The position numbers were made by a program, and so were the translations under genes. The notes beneath the pieces were generated by a model that saw only the letters and a list, made by a program, of their open reading frames with translations, was not told the origin of the DNA and did no database searches. A DNA stretch of 63,762 nt, filler included, from Chiloscyllium plagiosum (taxonomy: Eukaryota): NCBI RefSeq assembly GCF_004010195.1. It is 3 parts of one record of this genome, joined end to end, with 100 filler letters (N's around TTAATTAATTAA, not from the genome) between each part and the next. Parts side by side here need not be neighbours in the genome. Positions count along the whole stretch, not along the records: positions 28,058 to 58,468 come from NC_057716.1; positions 58,569 to 63,762 come from NC_057716.1; 1 more part is not named here. One strand, 5' to 3'. Each line of letters begins with the position of its first letter. Position 1 is the first letter of the stretch. Below are positions 50,901 through 63,461 of this stretch, piece by piece.

Positions 50901-51457
50901 AAAGGGATTGAATGCAGAGTTCACCAACTCAGATCAGGACTTCCTGTGATTCCAAACGCATAAACATCTGTGGACAGGAACAGATTGGCACATTCATCTG
51001 CAAGCTGCTGTTTAGTCCTTGTCTGGACATCAAACATTGATGCAGTTTACATTATAATCTACAAGCCGACTCAGTAAACAAGAAAACCTCTAGCCAGCCT
51101 TTTCTTCAAGATCCCAATTATCAACTTAACTCCTTGATTGCTGTGTTCCATCTTCACACACACACGCCTTTTGAGGCTGAACAGACCAAGGTAAACCTCT
51201 GAATCCATTCCTTAGATTTGTTACATTTGCTAACGTTGGGCAATTATTTGGAAAGGTAGAAACAGGAGTAAATGTAGGCTATTCAGCCATCAAGCCTGGT
51301 CTGCTATTCTTTCGGATCATGGCTGATTCTCTGGCTCAACACTCTTGCTCTCTACCTTTGCCCCTTTTCCTTAAATATATTTTGTGAAATTTAACATGAA
51401 CATGAGGAAACAGTTTGTATAGTATGATTACAGATGACACTGCAATGCAGTGATCAA

Positions 51458-53565
51458 ATAGAACATAGAACATAGAAAAGTACAGCACAGAATAGGCCCT
51501 TCGGCCCATGTTGTTGTGCTGATGATTATTCCTAATATAAAATAAAATAGCCTAATCTACGCACCTCTCAATTCACTGCTGTCCTTGTGCATGTCCAGCA
51601 GTCGCTTAAATGTCCCTAATGACTCTGCTTCCACAACCACTGTTGGAATTCCATACACTCACAACTATCTGTGTAAAGAACCTACCTCTGACGTCTCCTC
51701 TATACCTTCCTCCTAATATCTTAAAACTATTACTCCTCGTACCCGTCAATCCTGCCCTGGGGAAAAGTCTCTGTCTATTGACTCTATCCATTCCTCTCAT
51801 TGTCTTGAATACCTCGATCAGGTCACCTCGCTTTCTCCTTCTCTCCAGAGAGAAAAGTCCGAGCTTAGTCAACCTCTCTTCGTAAGACAAACCCTCTAAG
51901 CCAGGCAGCATCCTGGTAAACCTTCTTTGCACCCTCTTCAAAGCCTCTTTAATCTTTCCTATAATAGGGTGACCAGAACTGGACACAATATTTCAAGTGT
52001 GGTCTCACCAGGGTCTTGTAGAGCTGCAGCAAAACCTCTCGGCTCTTAAACTCGATCCCCTGTTAATGAAAGCCAAAACACCACATGCTTTCTTAACAAC
52101 CCTATCCACTTGGGTGGCAACTTTGAGGGCTCTATGCACTTGAACACCAAGATCCTGCTGTCCCTCCACATTGCTAAGAATCCTGTCTTTAATCCTATAT
52201 TCAGCATTCAAGTTCGATCTTCCAAAATGCATCACTTCGCATTTATCCAGGTTGAACTCCATCTGCCATTTCTCAGCCCAGCTCTGCATGGCACCGCCAA
52301 CCTTTGTGTCATCGGCAAATTTACTAACCTACCCCTCAACCTCCTCATCCAAGTCATTTATAAGAACTACAAAGAGCAGAGGCCCAAGAACAAAGCCCTG
52401 CGGGACACCACTCACCACTGACCTCCAGGCAGAATACTTTCCATCTACAACCACTCTCTGCCTTCTGTCAGCCAACCGATTCTGAATCCGGATAACCAAA
52501 TCTCCCTGTATCCCACACTTCCTGACGTTATGCATTAGCCTACCATGGTGAACCTTATCAAATGCTTCGTGGAAGTCCATACACACCGCATCCACTGCTT
52601 GACCTTCGTCGACCTGTCTTGTCACCTTCTCAAAGAACTCAATAAGATTGTGAGGCATGACCTGCCCCTCACAAAGCCATGCTGACTGCCTTTAATCATG
52701 CTATGCTTTTCCAAATAGTCATAAATCTTATCCCTCAGAATTCTTTCCAAAACTTTGCTGACCACAGACGTAAGGCTGACTTATCTGTAATTGCCAAGGA
52801 TTTCCCTATTACCCTTCTTGAAAAGAGGAACAACATTCTCCTCCCTCCAATCCTCCAGTACAACTCCCATGGAGAGTGAGGAAGCAAAGATCTTTGCCAG
52901 CGGCTTGGCAACCTCTTTTCTCGCTTCCTAGAGCAGCCTGGGATAAATCTGGTCTGGCCCTGGGGACTTATCAATCTTAATGTTTGCCAAAATTTCCAGC
53001 ACATCAACTTCATCAATCTGTTCAAGCCTGTTTCCTGGCTCCTCAAAGTTCTCATTCACAACAAGGTCCCTTTCCTTAGTCAAAACTGAAACAAAAAACT
53101 CATTTAGGGCTTCCCCTATCTGCTCAGACTCCACACACAAGTTCCCTCCACTATCCCTGTGCGGCCCTACCTTCTCCCTGATCATTCCCTTATTCCTCAC
53201 GTATGAGTAAAATGCCTTTGGGTTCTCCCTAATCCTTCCTGCCAAGCCTTTTTCGTGCCCCCTCCTGGCTCTCCTCAGTCCATTTCTGAGCTCCTTTCTA
53301 GCAAGCCTGTAATCCTCTAAAGCTGTGCTAGATCCTTCCTTCCTCCACCTTACATAAGCTGTCTTCCTTTTGATGAGAAGCTCCTCTGTTCTCATCATCC
53401 AAGGCTCCTTACTCTTACCCCTTCTTGCCTGTCTCAGAGGAACAAATTCGTGCATCACTTGCAACAACTGCCCCTTAAACAATCTCCTCATGTCTGCTGT
53501 GCCCTTCCTGTGGAACAATTGCTCCCAATCTGTACTTCCCAACTCCTGTCTGATACCTTCATAAA
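51458..53565 (-). mobile_element. 5'-truncated CR1 LINE of about 2.1 kb
   Basis: KSPGPDQIYPRLL, SGVPQG.VLGPLLF, KWQMEFN and RRKRGDLIE remnants; (tatgttc)n tail. Confidence 0.9.
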
Positions 53566-53649
53566 ATCTTGAAGCTGGAGACTTGTTGATTGATGCCTTC
53601 AAAGCTATCGTGTGAAGGGACATGTGGAGATTATAATCCGCTATTACAT

Positions 53650-54500
53650 TATCCAGGACTCAGTGACAGCACTGTTACTGCTGAGGCAGAAGTTTCAAAG
53701 TGTTTGGAACTGCTGCTTCACAGTGTCAGGGACCAAGGTTGAATTCCACCCTCGGACAATTGTCTATGGGGAGTCTGTATGTTTTCCTGTGTCTGCATAG
53801 TTTTCCTCTGGGTGCTCTAGTTTCCTCCTGAAGTCAAAGATGTGCAGGTTAGGTGGACTGGCCATGCTAACCTGCCCATAGTGTCCACGGTTGTGCAGGC
53901 TAGTGGATTAGCCATGGGAAATACAGGGTTACAGGAATAGGGTTGGGGGTTGGTCTGGGTGGGATGCTCTTTGGAAGGTTGGTGTGGACTCAGCAGGCCG
54001 AATGGCCTTCTTCCATGCTGTAGGGATTCTATGAATGAACATTGATGAATAATTCCAGTACAATACCAAGTGGTAACACTATCTTTGGATAAAATGTCAA
54101 ACTGAGGTCTACTCTGCACTGTTAGATTGGTGTCAGAATTAATGTGGAATTGCTTCAAAAAAGAAACCAAGGGAATGAAAGATTATTGGGGGATATCTCG
54201 GAATGTAGAACAGAGGTTGAAATCAGATCAGCCACAACCTTATTGAATGGTGGGGCAAGCTCAAAGGGCTGAATGGCCTACTCTTGTTCCTTGCTCTAAT
54301 GTAAGAGGGAAGCAGTTCTCCCTAATTTCCTGTCCAACAACCACTGTAACTAAAACAGATTGTCTGGCCACCATCACAGTGCTAGTTGTGGGGTTTTGCA
54401 CAAACTCGTTGGAATATTTCCCTGCATTACAGCAATGGATTATACTTCAAAAGTACCTCTAGTTGAGTTTGGGACTTCTGAAAGTGTTTAAGGTGTTGGT
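53650..54500 (+). mobile_element. DeuSINE interrupted by an HE1-like SINE (about 53710-54035) and a CR1 tail (about 54165-54305)
   Basis: aaaacagattgtctggccaccatcacagtgc and ctgcattacagcaat...acttcaaaagtac match the other Deu-SINE copies. Confidence 0.6.
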
Positions 54501-55389
54501 GAAATGTCTTTTTTTTAAAAAATGGTTTTGGCCATGGTCAATATCTAAAGAAAACTATTTTTAGAAGCAGAACTGTGGAATAATTTAATCAGACTGTAGA
54601 GGGTGAAAAACATCTTTCCTTGCAATTTAATAATGATGTTGAAGCACAAGTACTGTTTAAAGACAAAGTACTGAGGAAACTCAACAGGTCAGGTAGCATC
54701 TGTGGAGAAATAAGCAGTTAATTTTGAGTCCGATATGACTCTTCTTTGGTTCTGAAGGAGAGTCATACTGGAATTGAAACATTAACATCTAGCACCAAAC
54801 CTGCACCGCTTCTTTTTAACTGAAAATTGTTTTTATTTCAAATCGCCAGCATCTGCTGTACTGTGCTTTTACTTACATGATTACAACTGTGTAAGAGTTT
54901 AGCAAAATATTACCCCATTCTTTTGAGTAAGGATACTGAATGAAATAATTATATGTCAATTTCCAATTTCTAACCAACAGTAGTTCGGGAACAACTAGCC
55001 ACAATGTCATGCTGGATCAGGAGGAAAACTAAGTTCCCGATTTCTGACTTGTGAAATTCACTTGTGGACCGTTGGGTTCAGGTCATGTTCCTCACAAGAA
55101 CACTCAATTTCGTCAGACTGCTGTGAGAGTTCACCACATCGAGGCCAACTTGAGGATACGTATAATTAAAGTGACAGACAGAAGAAAACTAGAGGTGACA
55201 TAAGGAAAAATCCTTTTACACAATGACTGGTTGGAATTTGGAATTTCCTGAAATGATATTGGCAGCAGATTCAATAGTCAAGTTCAAAAGAACTGGATAA
55301 AAACTTGGACAGGACAACAATTCAGGGATATGGAGAAAGAGCTGGATGAACTAGACTGCTATTACAAGCTGCTGTTACAGATTCAATAG

Positions 55390-57010
55390 CCACAAAAGCA
55401 GAAGACACTGGAGCAGAAATTAGGCTATTCAGCCTATCGAGTCTGCTCTGCCATTTGATCATGGCCGCTAAGTTTCTCAATCCCGTTCTCCCTCTTTCTC
55501 CCTGTAACCCTTGATCCCTTTGACAATCAAGAACCTATCTACCTCAGTCTTAAATGGGGCGTCACGGTGGCACAGCGGTTAGCACTGCTGCCTCACAGTG
55601 CCAGAGACCCGGGTTCAATTCCCACCTCAGGCAACTGTCTGTGTGGTTTGCACATTCTCCCCGTGTCTCCGTGGGTTTGTTTTGGGTGATCCGGTTTCCT
55701 CCCACAGTCCAAAAATGTGCAGGTTAGGTGAACTGGTCATGCTAAATTGCCCCTAGTGTTAGGTGAAGGGGTAAATGTAAGGGAATGGGTCTGGGTGGGT
55801 TGCTCATCAGAGGGTCGGTGTGGACTTGTTGGGCTGAAGGGCCTGTTTCCACACTAAGTAATCTAATCTAAATATACTCAGTGACTTGGCCTCCACAGCC
55901 ATCTGTGGCAGTGAATTCCATAAATCCACCACTCTCTGGCTGAAGAAGTTTCTCCTTATCTCCATTCTAAAAGGTCTTCCCTTTACTCTAAAGCTGTGCC
56001 CTCAAGTGCTAGTCTCTCCTACCAATGGAACCATCTTCCCAATATCTATTCTGTCCAGGCTATTCAGTACTCTGTATATTTCAATTAGATCAGCACTCAT
56101 CCTTCCAAACACCACTGAGTATAGACCCAGAGTCTTCAAACGTTCCTCATATGTTAAGCTTTTCATTCCTGGGGCCATTCTCACGAACTCCTCTGAACAC
56201 ACTCCAAGGCCAGTACATTGTTCCTGAGATATGAGGCCCAAAACTGCACACAGCACTCCAAATGTGGTCTGACCAGAGCCGTATAGAGCCTCAGAAGTAC
56301 ATCCCTGCTTTTATATTCAAGTCCTCTCAAAATAAATGCCATCATTGTATTGCCTTCCTAACTACTGACTCATCCTGCAAGTTTACCTTGAGAGAATCCT
56401 GGATTAGAACTCCCAAGTCTCTTGGCATTTGAGACTTCTGAATGTTTCCCCCATTAGGAAATAATTCATGCCTCTATTCTTCCTACCAAAGTGCATGACC
56501 TCACATTTCGCCATGTTGTACTCCATCTCACACTTCTTTGCCCACTCTCCTCATCTGTTCAAATGCTTCTGCAGCCTCCCTGCCTCCTCAATGCTACCTG
56601 TCCCTCTACCTATCTTTGTATCATCTGCAAACTGAGCCAGAATGCCCTCAGTTCCTTCATCTAGATTGTTAATGTATAAAGTGAAAGGTTGTGGTCCCAA
56701 CACTGATCCTTGTAGAACATCACTTGTCACTGGCTGTCATCCTGAGAAGGACCCTTTTATCCCCACTCTCTGCTTTCTGCCCGACAGCCAGGCTTCTATC
56801 CATGCTAATACCTTGTCTCTAGCACCATTGCTCTTATCTTACTCAGCAACCTCCTGTGTGGCACCTTGTCAAAGGCCTTCTTGAAGTCCAGCTAGATAAC
56901 ATACATTGGCTCTCATTGGTCTAACCTACTCATTACTTCCTCAAAGAATTCTAGCAGATTTGTCAAACATGACCTCCCCTTGATGAAACCATGCTGACTT
57001 TGCCCTATTC
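55390..57010 (-). mobile_element. CR1 3' fragment interrupted by an HE1-like SINE
   Basis: CR1 UTR at 55390-55555 resumes at 55871; RT remnants extend to 57010. Confidence 0.82.
55556..55870 (+). mobile_element. HE1-like (V-SINE) SINE, full length
   Basis: ggggcgtcacggtggcacagcggttagcactgctgcc head and taatctaatcta tail. Confidence 0.87.
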
Positions 57011-57178
57011 TATTTTGACGAAGGTGGACGTCAGTGGGAAATGAATGGGAGATATTGGTGGTAAGATGCTGAGGAAGGCCCTATAGATCAACAGAAAGCT
57101 CAGGACAGTAATTCAAGACAAGAAAAGCATAACTGCACAAGGCTTTCAAGACATTGCTATGCCTTTGGAAAAGAACTA

Positions 57179-57351
57179 CAGAGAAACCTCAATTATCTGA
57201 AGGATACGAGCGGGGAGTATTTTGTTTGGTTAATCAAATGCCGGATAATTGAATGCCAGATAACATAGTTAGCCAAGCATCGGGACTTTGCGATCTTGTT
57301 GGGATAATCCAAAATTCGGTTAATCGATGCCAGATAATCAAGGTTCCTCTG
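57179..57351. mobile_element. Tc1/mariner-superfamily (pogo/Tigger-like) MITE, 173 bp
   Basis: Terminal inverted repeats cagagaaacctcaattatctg / cagataatcaaggttcctctg (18 of 21 match), flanked by TA on both sides. Confidence 0.75.
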
Positions 57352-58189
57352 TATACTGTAAGGTTTATGCCTGTTCCTGTCAATGATGTCTCGAAGGCCA
57401 ACCCAGAAAATTCCGAGTAAGTATTGCAAAAGATTGAGAACTATCTGTTGTGAAATCATGAGACCTGGAACTATCTGCAGCAACAGGCCTAGAGGTTGCA
57501 ACAGGGCCTCGTGACCAGCACTACACCGCAGATGATTGACCATATATGTGTAAAAGTACAGAATCATCTCATCTCATTGTGATATTCAGATATAGATGCT
57601 GTTCAAGAGGATTTGCGACTAGCTCAAAACTTGGCCAATGGCTTTTTTTTGTGTTGGCCTGTGACTCTATGGACACATAAAGTCCAGTGCCAAGAGAGCA
57701 CTTCATATTTGGAGATGTTTTCTTTCAGATGAAATTTGCCAATTCCAGTAATTTGCTTCAGTAAGCTGGCTGAGGGGGCGTTGTGCAAAAGGAAGAGTGA
57801 AGAGCAACAGTGGAAAGTTTTTAATATGACAAGACATTACAAAGATACAGAGTAGACGATTATAAAAATAAGCTATACTACTAATAGATCTGGTTGTCAT
57901 AGTCAAATAAAGATATTAGAGATGAACTAAAGGAGAATATAAAAAAAAATGAGGTTAAGAATGGGATAAGGATAACTGACAGCATGAAAAGGGTATTTCA
58001 AAAAGTTTTAAAGGTAACCAGTAAGTATTTTACCAGTGCTTCGGCAAAAAGAAAATTGCTGAAAGTTTGATGGCAAAACTACATCAGAAAAAGGAGCAGA
58101 ATTAGGCCAATCAGCCATTTAGTCTGCTCTGGCGTTCGATCATTGCTGATATTTCACAATCCCATTCTCCTGCCTTATTCCCATAATCT

Positions 58190-58468
58190 TATAGAACATA
58201 GAAAAATACAGCGCAGTACAGGCCCTTTGGCCCTCGATGTTGCACCGATCCAAGCCCACCTAACCTACATTAGCCCACTATCCTCCATATGCCTATCCAA
58301 TGCCCGCTTAAATGCCCATAATGAGGGAGAGTCCACCACTGCTACTGGCAGGGCAGTCCATGAACTCACGACTCGCTGAGTAAAGAACATACCCGTACCA
58401 TCTGTCCTATACCTACCCCCCCCCCTTAATTTAAAGCTATGCCCCCTCATAATAGCTGACTCCATACG
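58190..58468 (-). mobile_element. CR1 3' end cut by the spacer
   Basis: RGHSFKL...FFTQRVV remnant and ctatgttctat tail. Confidence 0.8.
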
Positions 58469-58568
58469 NNNNNNNNNNNNNNNNNNNNNNNNNNNNNNNN
58501 NNNNNNNNNNNNTTAATTAATTAANNNNNNNNNNNNNNNNNNNNNNNNNNNNNNNNNNNNNNNNNNNN
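58469..58568. other. Artificial contig-joining spacer
   Basis: 44 N + TTAATTAATTAA + 44 N. Confidence 0.92.
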
Positions 58569-60375
58569 GGGGGGGATGTTGGTTTGGGAATGGGAGGAGC
58601 TGGGAGGGATGTTGGTGTGGGAATGGGGGGTGAGCTGGGGTGGGTTGAGGGGAGCTGGGAATGGGGATGGTGGAGTTGAGGCAGGGGAGTTAAGTTGGGG
58701 CCAGGATAAAGGGTCAGGTGGTCTTGGATGACATATCACCTGACCCGGGAATCTACAGACCCTGACACACTAGTGGGATCCCACATTGAGGACCATCCTC
58801 GGAGCGTGCATGCTGGGATCAGGCAAGTTACTCTGGGTGGGAGGTGAAGGGGAAGGGGGTGACTGGTGAGTGGGTGAATTTGTTAGTTCAGAGATACTGA
58901 CTCTCACTGGACATCACATCATTGGCCTGCTCCCAGTCCCAAGGCAGAGTGATTCCCCATGCAGCACTTTGCTGCAGTACCTGTTTGCTACCAATAGGGG
59001 GGTGATAACTCAGAGGGGTGCCCCCTGGTGACTAAATGCAGGTACTGCACTGACAGGCTCTCCAGCTGCTCCTCCAACAAGTGACACCCAGTGGCCTAGG
59101 GCTCCCAAGTCATTAGCTCCCTCCTTCCCTCGCCCCACCCTTCCCCCCACCCCACACACCCCCCCCCCCAACCCCGGGCGGAGAAGCTGACTTGTGGCTG
59201 GTGTTACCAGCTCCAGTAACCCCAACCCCCAACCCTCCCACAACCCAGAACATTCATACATTCCTCCCACCCTCGTGTGTTGTTCACTTAGTTAAGACAT
59301 GAGGTCCCTTGGCCTCGAAGGAGCGGGAGTGAGGGTGGGGGGTGGGAGGGGTGCATGGCGTGGCTGGTGGGGAGGGGGAGGTGTTTTCTTAACTTTTACC
59401 TTCTGCCCTGTGGGCTGTAGATGCCCCCCAGGCCTTCAGTCAACCTTCAGGTACCACTGAGCTATTTGACTTTGTCTGGCATCATAACCCAGTGTAACAA
59501 TGTCCATCCCTTCCCCACCCAGCATCCCCACCAGACTGCGAGACCACCCCAGCTTTCCTTCACTGCCCCTGTCAGGGAAGAGTCAGGCCGGGGGCTGGAA
59601 GGCTGAGTTCTGATTTCAACATTCCCATTTCAGGAATGTCCTCTCAGAGCTCTGGCTGATGGATTCAGTCACTCGAGGGGGTGCAGTGATGTCAATTACA
59701 TCGACAGGGAGAAAAATGTCAAATGGGTGGAAAATTTTAAGAAGCCTTTAGCTGAGGGTGGGGGGAGGGGTCCTTTAATCGAAACAGGGGCAATGTACAA
59801 GTGAAATACATCCGGGGGGAAGGGGGGAGGGGGGTGGTAGGAAAACCTTACGAAGCACAACCCATAAAGAGATCTCCCTCCTTATGGATTTTGTGTGGAA
59901 TTTAAGATGGCAAATGCTGAATGAATATTATTTTCTGTGTTTGAATTTTCTTGTTACACTGTTTGCTGAGCTTTGTACATGGTTTCTCCCAGACACTCAG
60001 AACATTATGTTTTATTTTGAATTTCTTCTTCATCTCGCTGACTAGCACTCCCAGTCTGACTGTCCAACCCTCACTCACTCCAACAGATTGGGGAAAATGC
60101 AAAGACTGAGTTCGCCCAATGCTGTCCTCCCCTTTGGCAAGGTGTCTCTTGGTCACTGACAGATGGTTCCCCTCAGCCCAGGCCGGGAATACAATTCGTG
60201 GGGGGAAAGGGGGCGAGAGACGGGGCAAAGCCTCGGGGTAGGGAGCTGATCATTAGGGACTGAGCTGAGGAGAAATGTCTTCACTAAGAGTTTGGTTAAT
60301 CTCCATCACAGAGGGTTGTGGACGCTGTATTGTTGAATGTTATGGAGATTGGCACGGACAGAGTTTGTTCTCTCT

Positions 60376-60590
60376 GTTTGGAGGAGCTGGTGTTGGACTG
60401 GGGTGTACAAAGTTAAAAATCACACAACACCAGGTTAGCGTCCAACAGGTTTAATTGGAAGCACTAGCTTTCAGAGCGACGCTCCTTCGTCAGGTGACTA
60501 TCACCTGATGAAGGAGCGTCGCTATGAAAGCAGTGCTTCCAATTAAACCTGTTGGACGATAACCTGGTGTTGTGTGATTTTTAACTTTGT
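60376..60590. mobile_element. Second-family foldback Penelope-type element inserted in a CR1 3' end
   Basis: Inverted arms of about 90 bp around 60499; tttgttctct at 60364-60373 and 60586-60595. Confidence 0.8.
60462..60496 (-). ncRNA. Minimal type-I hammerhead motif, second family
   Basis: CAC-CTGACGA-A-GGAGC-GTC-GCTCT-GAAAGCTA-GTG: stem I CAC/GUG, stem II GGAGC/GCUCU, AGCU palindrome. Confidence 0.65.
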
Positions 60591-62167
60591 TCTCTTGGGG
60601 AATCAAGGTGGGGGGCGGTTTGTGGGGATGTCGAATTTTAGTCCAAAATCAGCCACAATCACCTTAAATGGTGGAGCAGCGTCAAAGGTCAGAATAGTCT
60701 GTTCCTGCTCCTGTTGCTGGCTCTCTGACTCACTGGGAGGGTCTTGCTGGTTAGGGCAATTCTCATTGTTCCTGATACCTCACTGCTCCATATTTGGGGG
60801 AGGGGGGGTGGCTTGCTGGGGTAACAGAGGCTCACGTTGGGAGGAGACCATGGTTCTGTCTCAGATATAGGCTTTCAGGATACCTGGAACTGCAGTTCCT
60901 CTCACTGTCAACAGAAACCACTATCGACTAGGGTAAGGTCAAGTAGAAAAACTGGAGAGGAACGCGAGGGAGAACGGATTTACAGGAACCCCACCCTGTG
61001 TCAGGCCAGGCATCTGCAGAAGCTATGTTCATATCTCCCCAAGGACCAGGCTGCGTGGGGGAGGGGCTGTCATGATAATGTCATTGTAATGAATAAAATT
61101 GGATTTGGAAGCTGGGCTCTGAGCCGGTGGCTGTATCCCCAAGATAATTGGTGTGAAGACCCATGTGGGTCACTCATGTCCTTAGGGAAGGAATCAACCG
61201 TCCTCACCCTGCCTGGCCTACATGTGGCCCCACCCCTCACAGTGATGAGGCTGACTGTAAACTGAGGTCCCCTTTGTGGGGTGATGATGTCAGTCAGTGC
61301 TACAGGAACCCCCTCCTGACAATCGGTTTACAAATGGTTGACCAGGGTCACCTCCAGCAGCCTCACAGCCACTCAGTCACTGCCCCCCCCCCCCCGCCCA
61401 GGGAAGGCAATGGACAGGGGTATCTCAGTGTCTCCACCCTGGTGGGAGGGGTGGGGGGATTTCAATGTGCCTGTTGGTCTCCCCGCTCGGGCTGTAGACC
61501 AAGTTGTGAATGAGGACAGGGCTGTCCTCTTCGGAGAGGGGCTGGTGAATGGTTGACGGAGGGATATCAAATGCAGGCTGAGGTTGTTGGGAAGGGTTTT
61601 CGGGAAGTTGGCTGATGATTGAGTGATCGGTGTGAGGAGTTGGAGATGTAAGTGGCTTAAGGAGCAAGCAGGATTGTTGAGGAGCACAGAAGGGAGTGGG
61701 GGAACTCACTTTGACCCAGTTACACTGAGGGGAGAATGAGGGGTTCCAACAGGGTCTCAGGCAAATACTGACATGACCATCTAAACAACCCGTCACCATT
61801 CAAACCCACCCCCTCACCAAGTCATCCAAACCTGTGAAACCCCTGAACTTAACGACGGTGTATCTCGAGGAGAAACCTTCTTTTGTGTCCAATAAAACAA
61901 GACGTTTATCAAAATATTCTGGTTAAAATTTTGTATGAATTATATTTGTAACATTTCTGGTGAACACTGTATGCTATTTATTCAATTTGTAATTTATCTA
62001 CTCCTCCATCTTTGTCTTATGGTAATGACAAAGCATTTATTTAAATAAAGATTCATACGCATCACCCAGACAGTGTCCCTGGATTTCACATGGAAACCGA
62101 GAAACTCAAAGCACTGGAACCTGCCGCCGCGAAGAGAGATCACGACACGAGAGTGGGTAGGGGACAC

Positions 62168-62243
62168 GGATACCAGGGAGAGAGGGGGATACCAGGGAGA
62201 GAGAGGGATACCAGGGAGAGAGAGGGGGATACCAGGGAGAGAG
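62168..62243. repeat. Short minisatellite, 4 units of 19-21 bp (ggataccagggagagagagg)
   Basis: ggatacc recurs at 62168, 62187, 62206 and 62227. Confidence 0.9.
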
Positions 62244-62374
62244 AACATGGGAATCCAGTACCACAGCAATACGGTTGCCTCTTAACTCCCCTCTGGGATG
62301 GGTATTAATTACTAGCCCAGCCAGCAAAGCCCTCATCCTGGGAATGATTTTTTTAAAACTAGTGCAGGAATTGA

Positions 62375-62665
62375 TTTAGATTAAATTCCCTACAGTGTGA
62401 AAACAGGCCCTTCGGCCCAACATGTCCACGCCGACCCTCTGAACAGTAACTCACTTCCCTCTAACTAATGCACCTAACACTATGGGCAATTTAGTATGGC
62501 CAGTGTACCTGACCTGCACATCTTTGGACTGTGGGAGGAAATCAGAGCACCCGGAGGAAACCCATGCAGACACGGGGAGATCGTGCAAACTCCGAGGCTG
62601 GAACCGAACCTGGGTTCCTGGTGCTTTGAGGCAGCAGTGCTAACCACTGAGCCACCGTGCCACCC
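62375..62665 (-). mobile_element. HE1-like (V-SINE) SINE
   Basis: Reverse complement starts gggtggcacggtggctcagtggttagcactgctgcctc. Confidence 0.85.
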
Positions 62666-63461
62666 TAGCCAATTGAGCCAATGCTAATGTCATCACCAAC
62701 ATAGACAGCACTCTGCACAAATAAAAACACATTGAGTTATATTTAATCAACTCCGCATCAAACGAGATCAATATTTTAGACAGCACTGAGCAAGCATCAA
62801 CAGATAGGACAACCGAAACACTGCGAGAGTCCCTGAGCACTCACACAGCAAAGGGGGTCGGAACATCAAAATTCAAAAACATGAAGTACTTCTTGTCTCA
62901 TCAGAGAGAGAGCAAGGTCACACTACACGTCACACTCTAGATTTCACAGCCCATTGTCGGGGGGAGTGGGCAAACACAACAAGACTGGCAGAGGGAGCGG
63001 GGGCATAAACAGGGGAGGGGAGAGAATTTGATGGCAGAGCAGTGGGAGCAGAGGGAGAAATAGCAGGTAAAGGTGAGAAGCAACAGTTCCAGATTTAGTA
63101 AGAGACAGGGAAAGGCAAGTTGGAGCGGACGGTCGGAGTAAATAGACCAGGGAGGGCGGTGGGGGGGGATCAGAAAGAAAGTGGGCAAGGGAGGGTGTGT
63201 GGGAATGTAGTTAATGCAGGAACAGGCCAAGGGGAAGGAAAAGAGACTCACAGAGACACAGAGAGCGGTAAAGAGGTTGGGAGTGAGAGGAAGTCAATTA
63301 AATAAACTTAGACAGACAGAGATATATGCTAGATTCAGAGAGAACGAGAGAGGAGAGTGAGCTGGTGAGACAGAATAATAAGAGTTGCATGGAACAAGAG
63401 AGAGATGTAACACATTCATAGAATGGAGTGAGTTACACAGGGCAAGAATTGTAAAGCAATT

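Noticed and set aside
60574..61799. Cluster of 70-140 aa ORFs in GC-rich DNA
   Set aside because: Overlapping on both strands, no recognisable domains or exon structure; expected from GC content.
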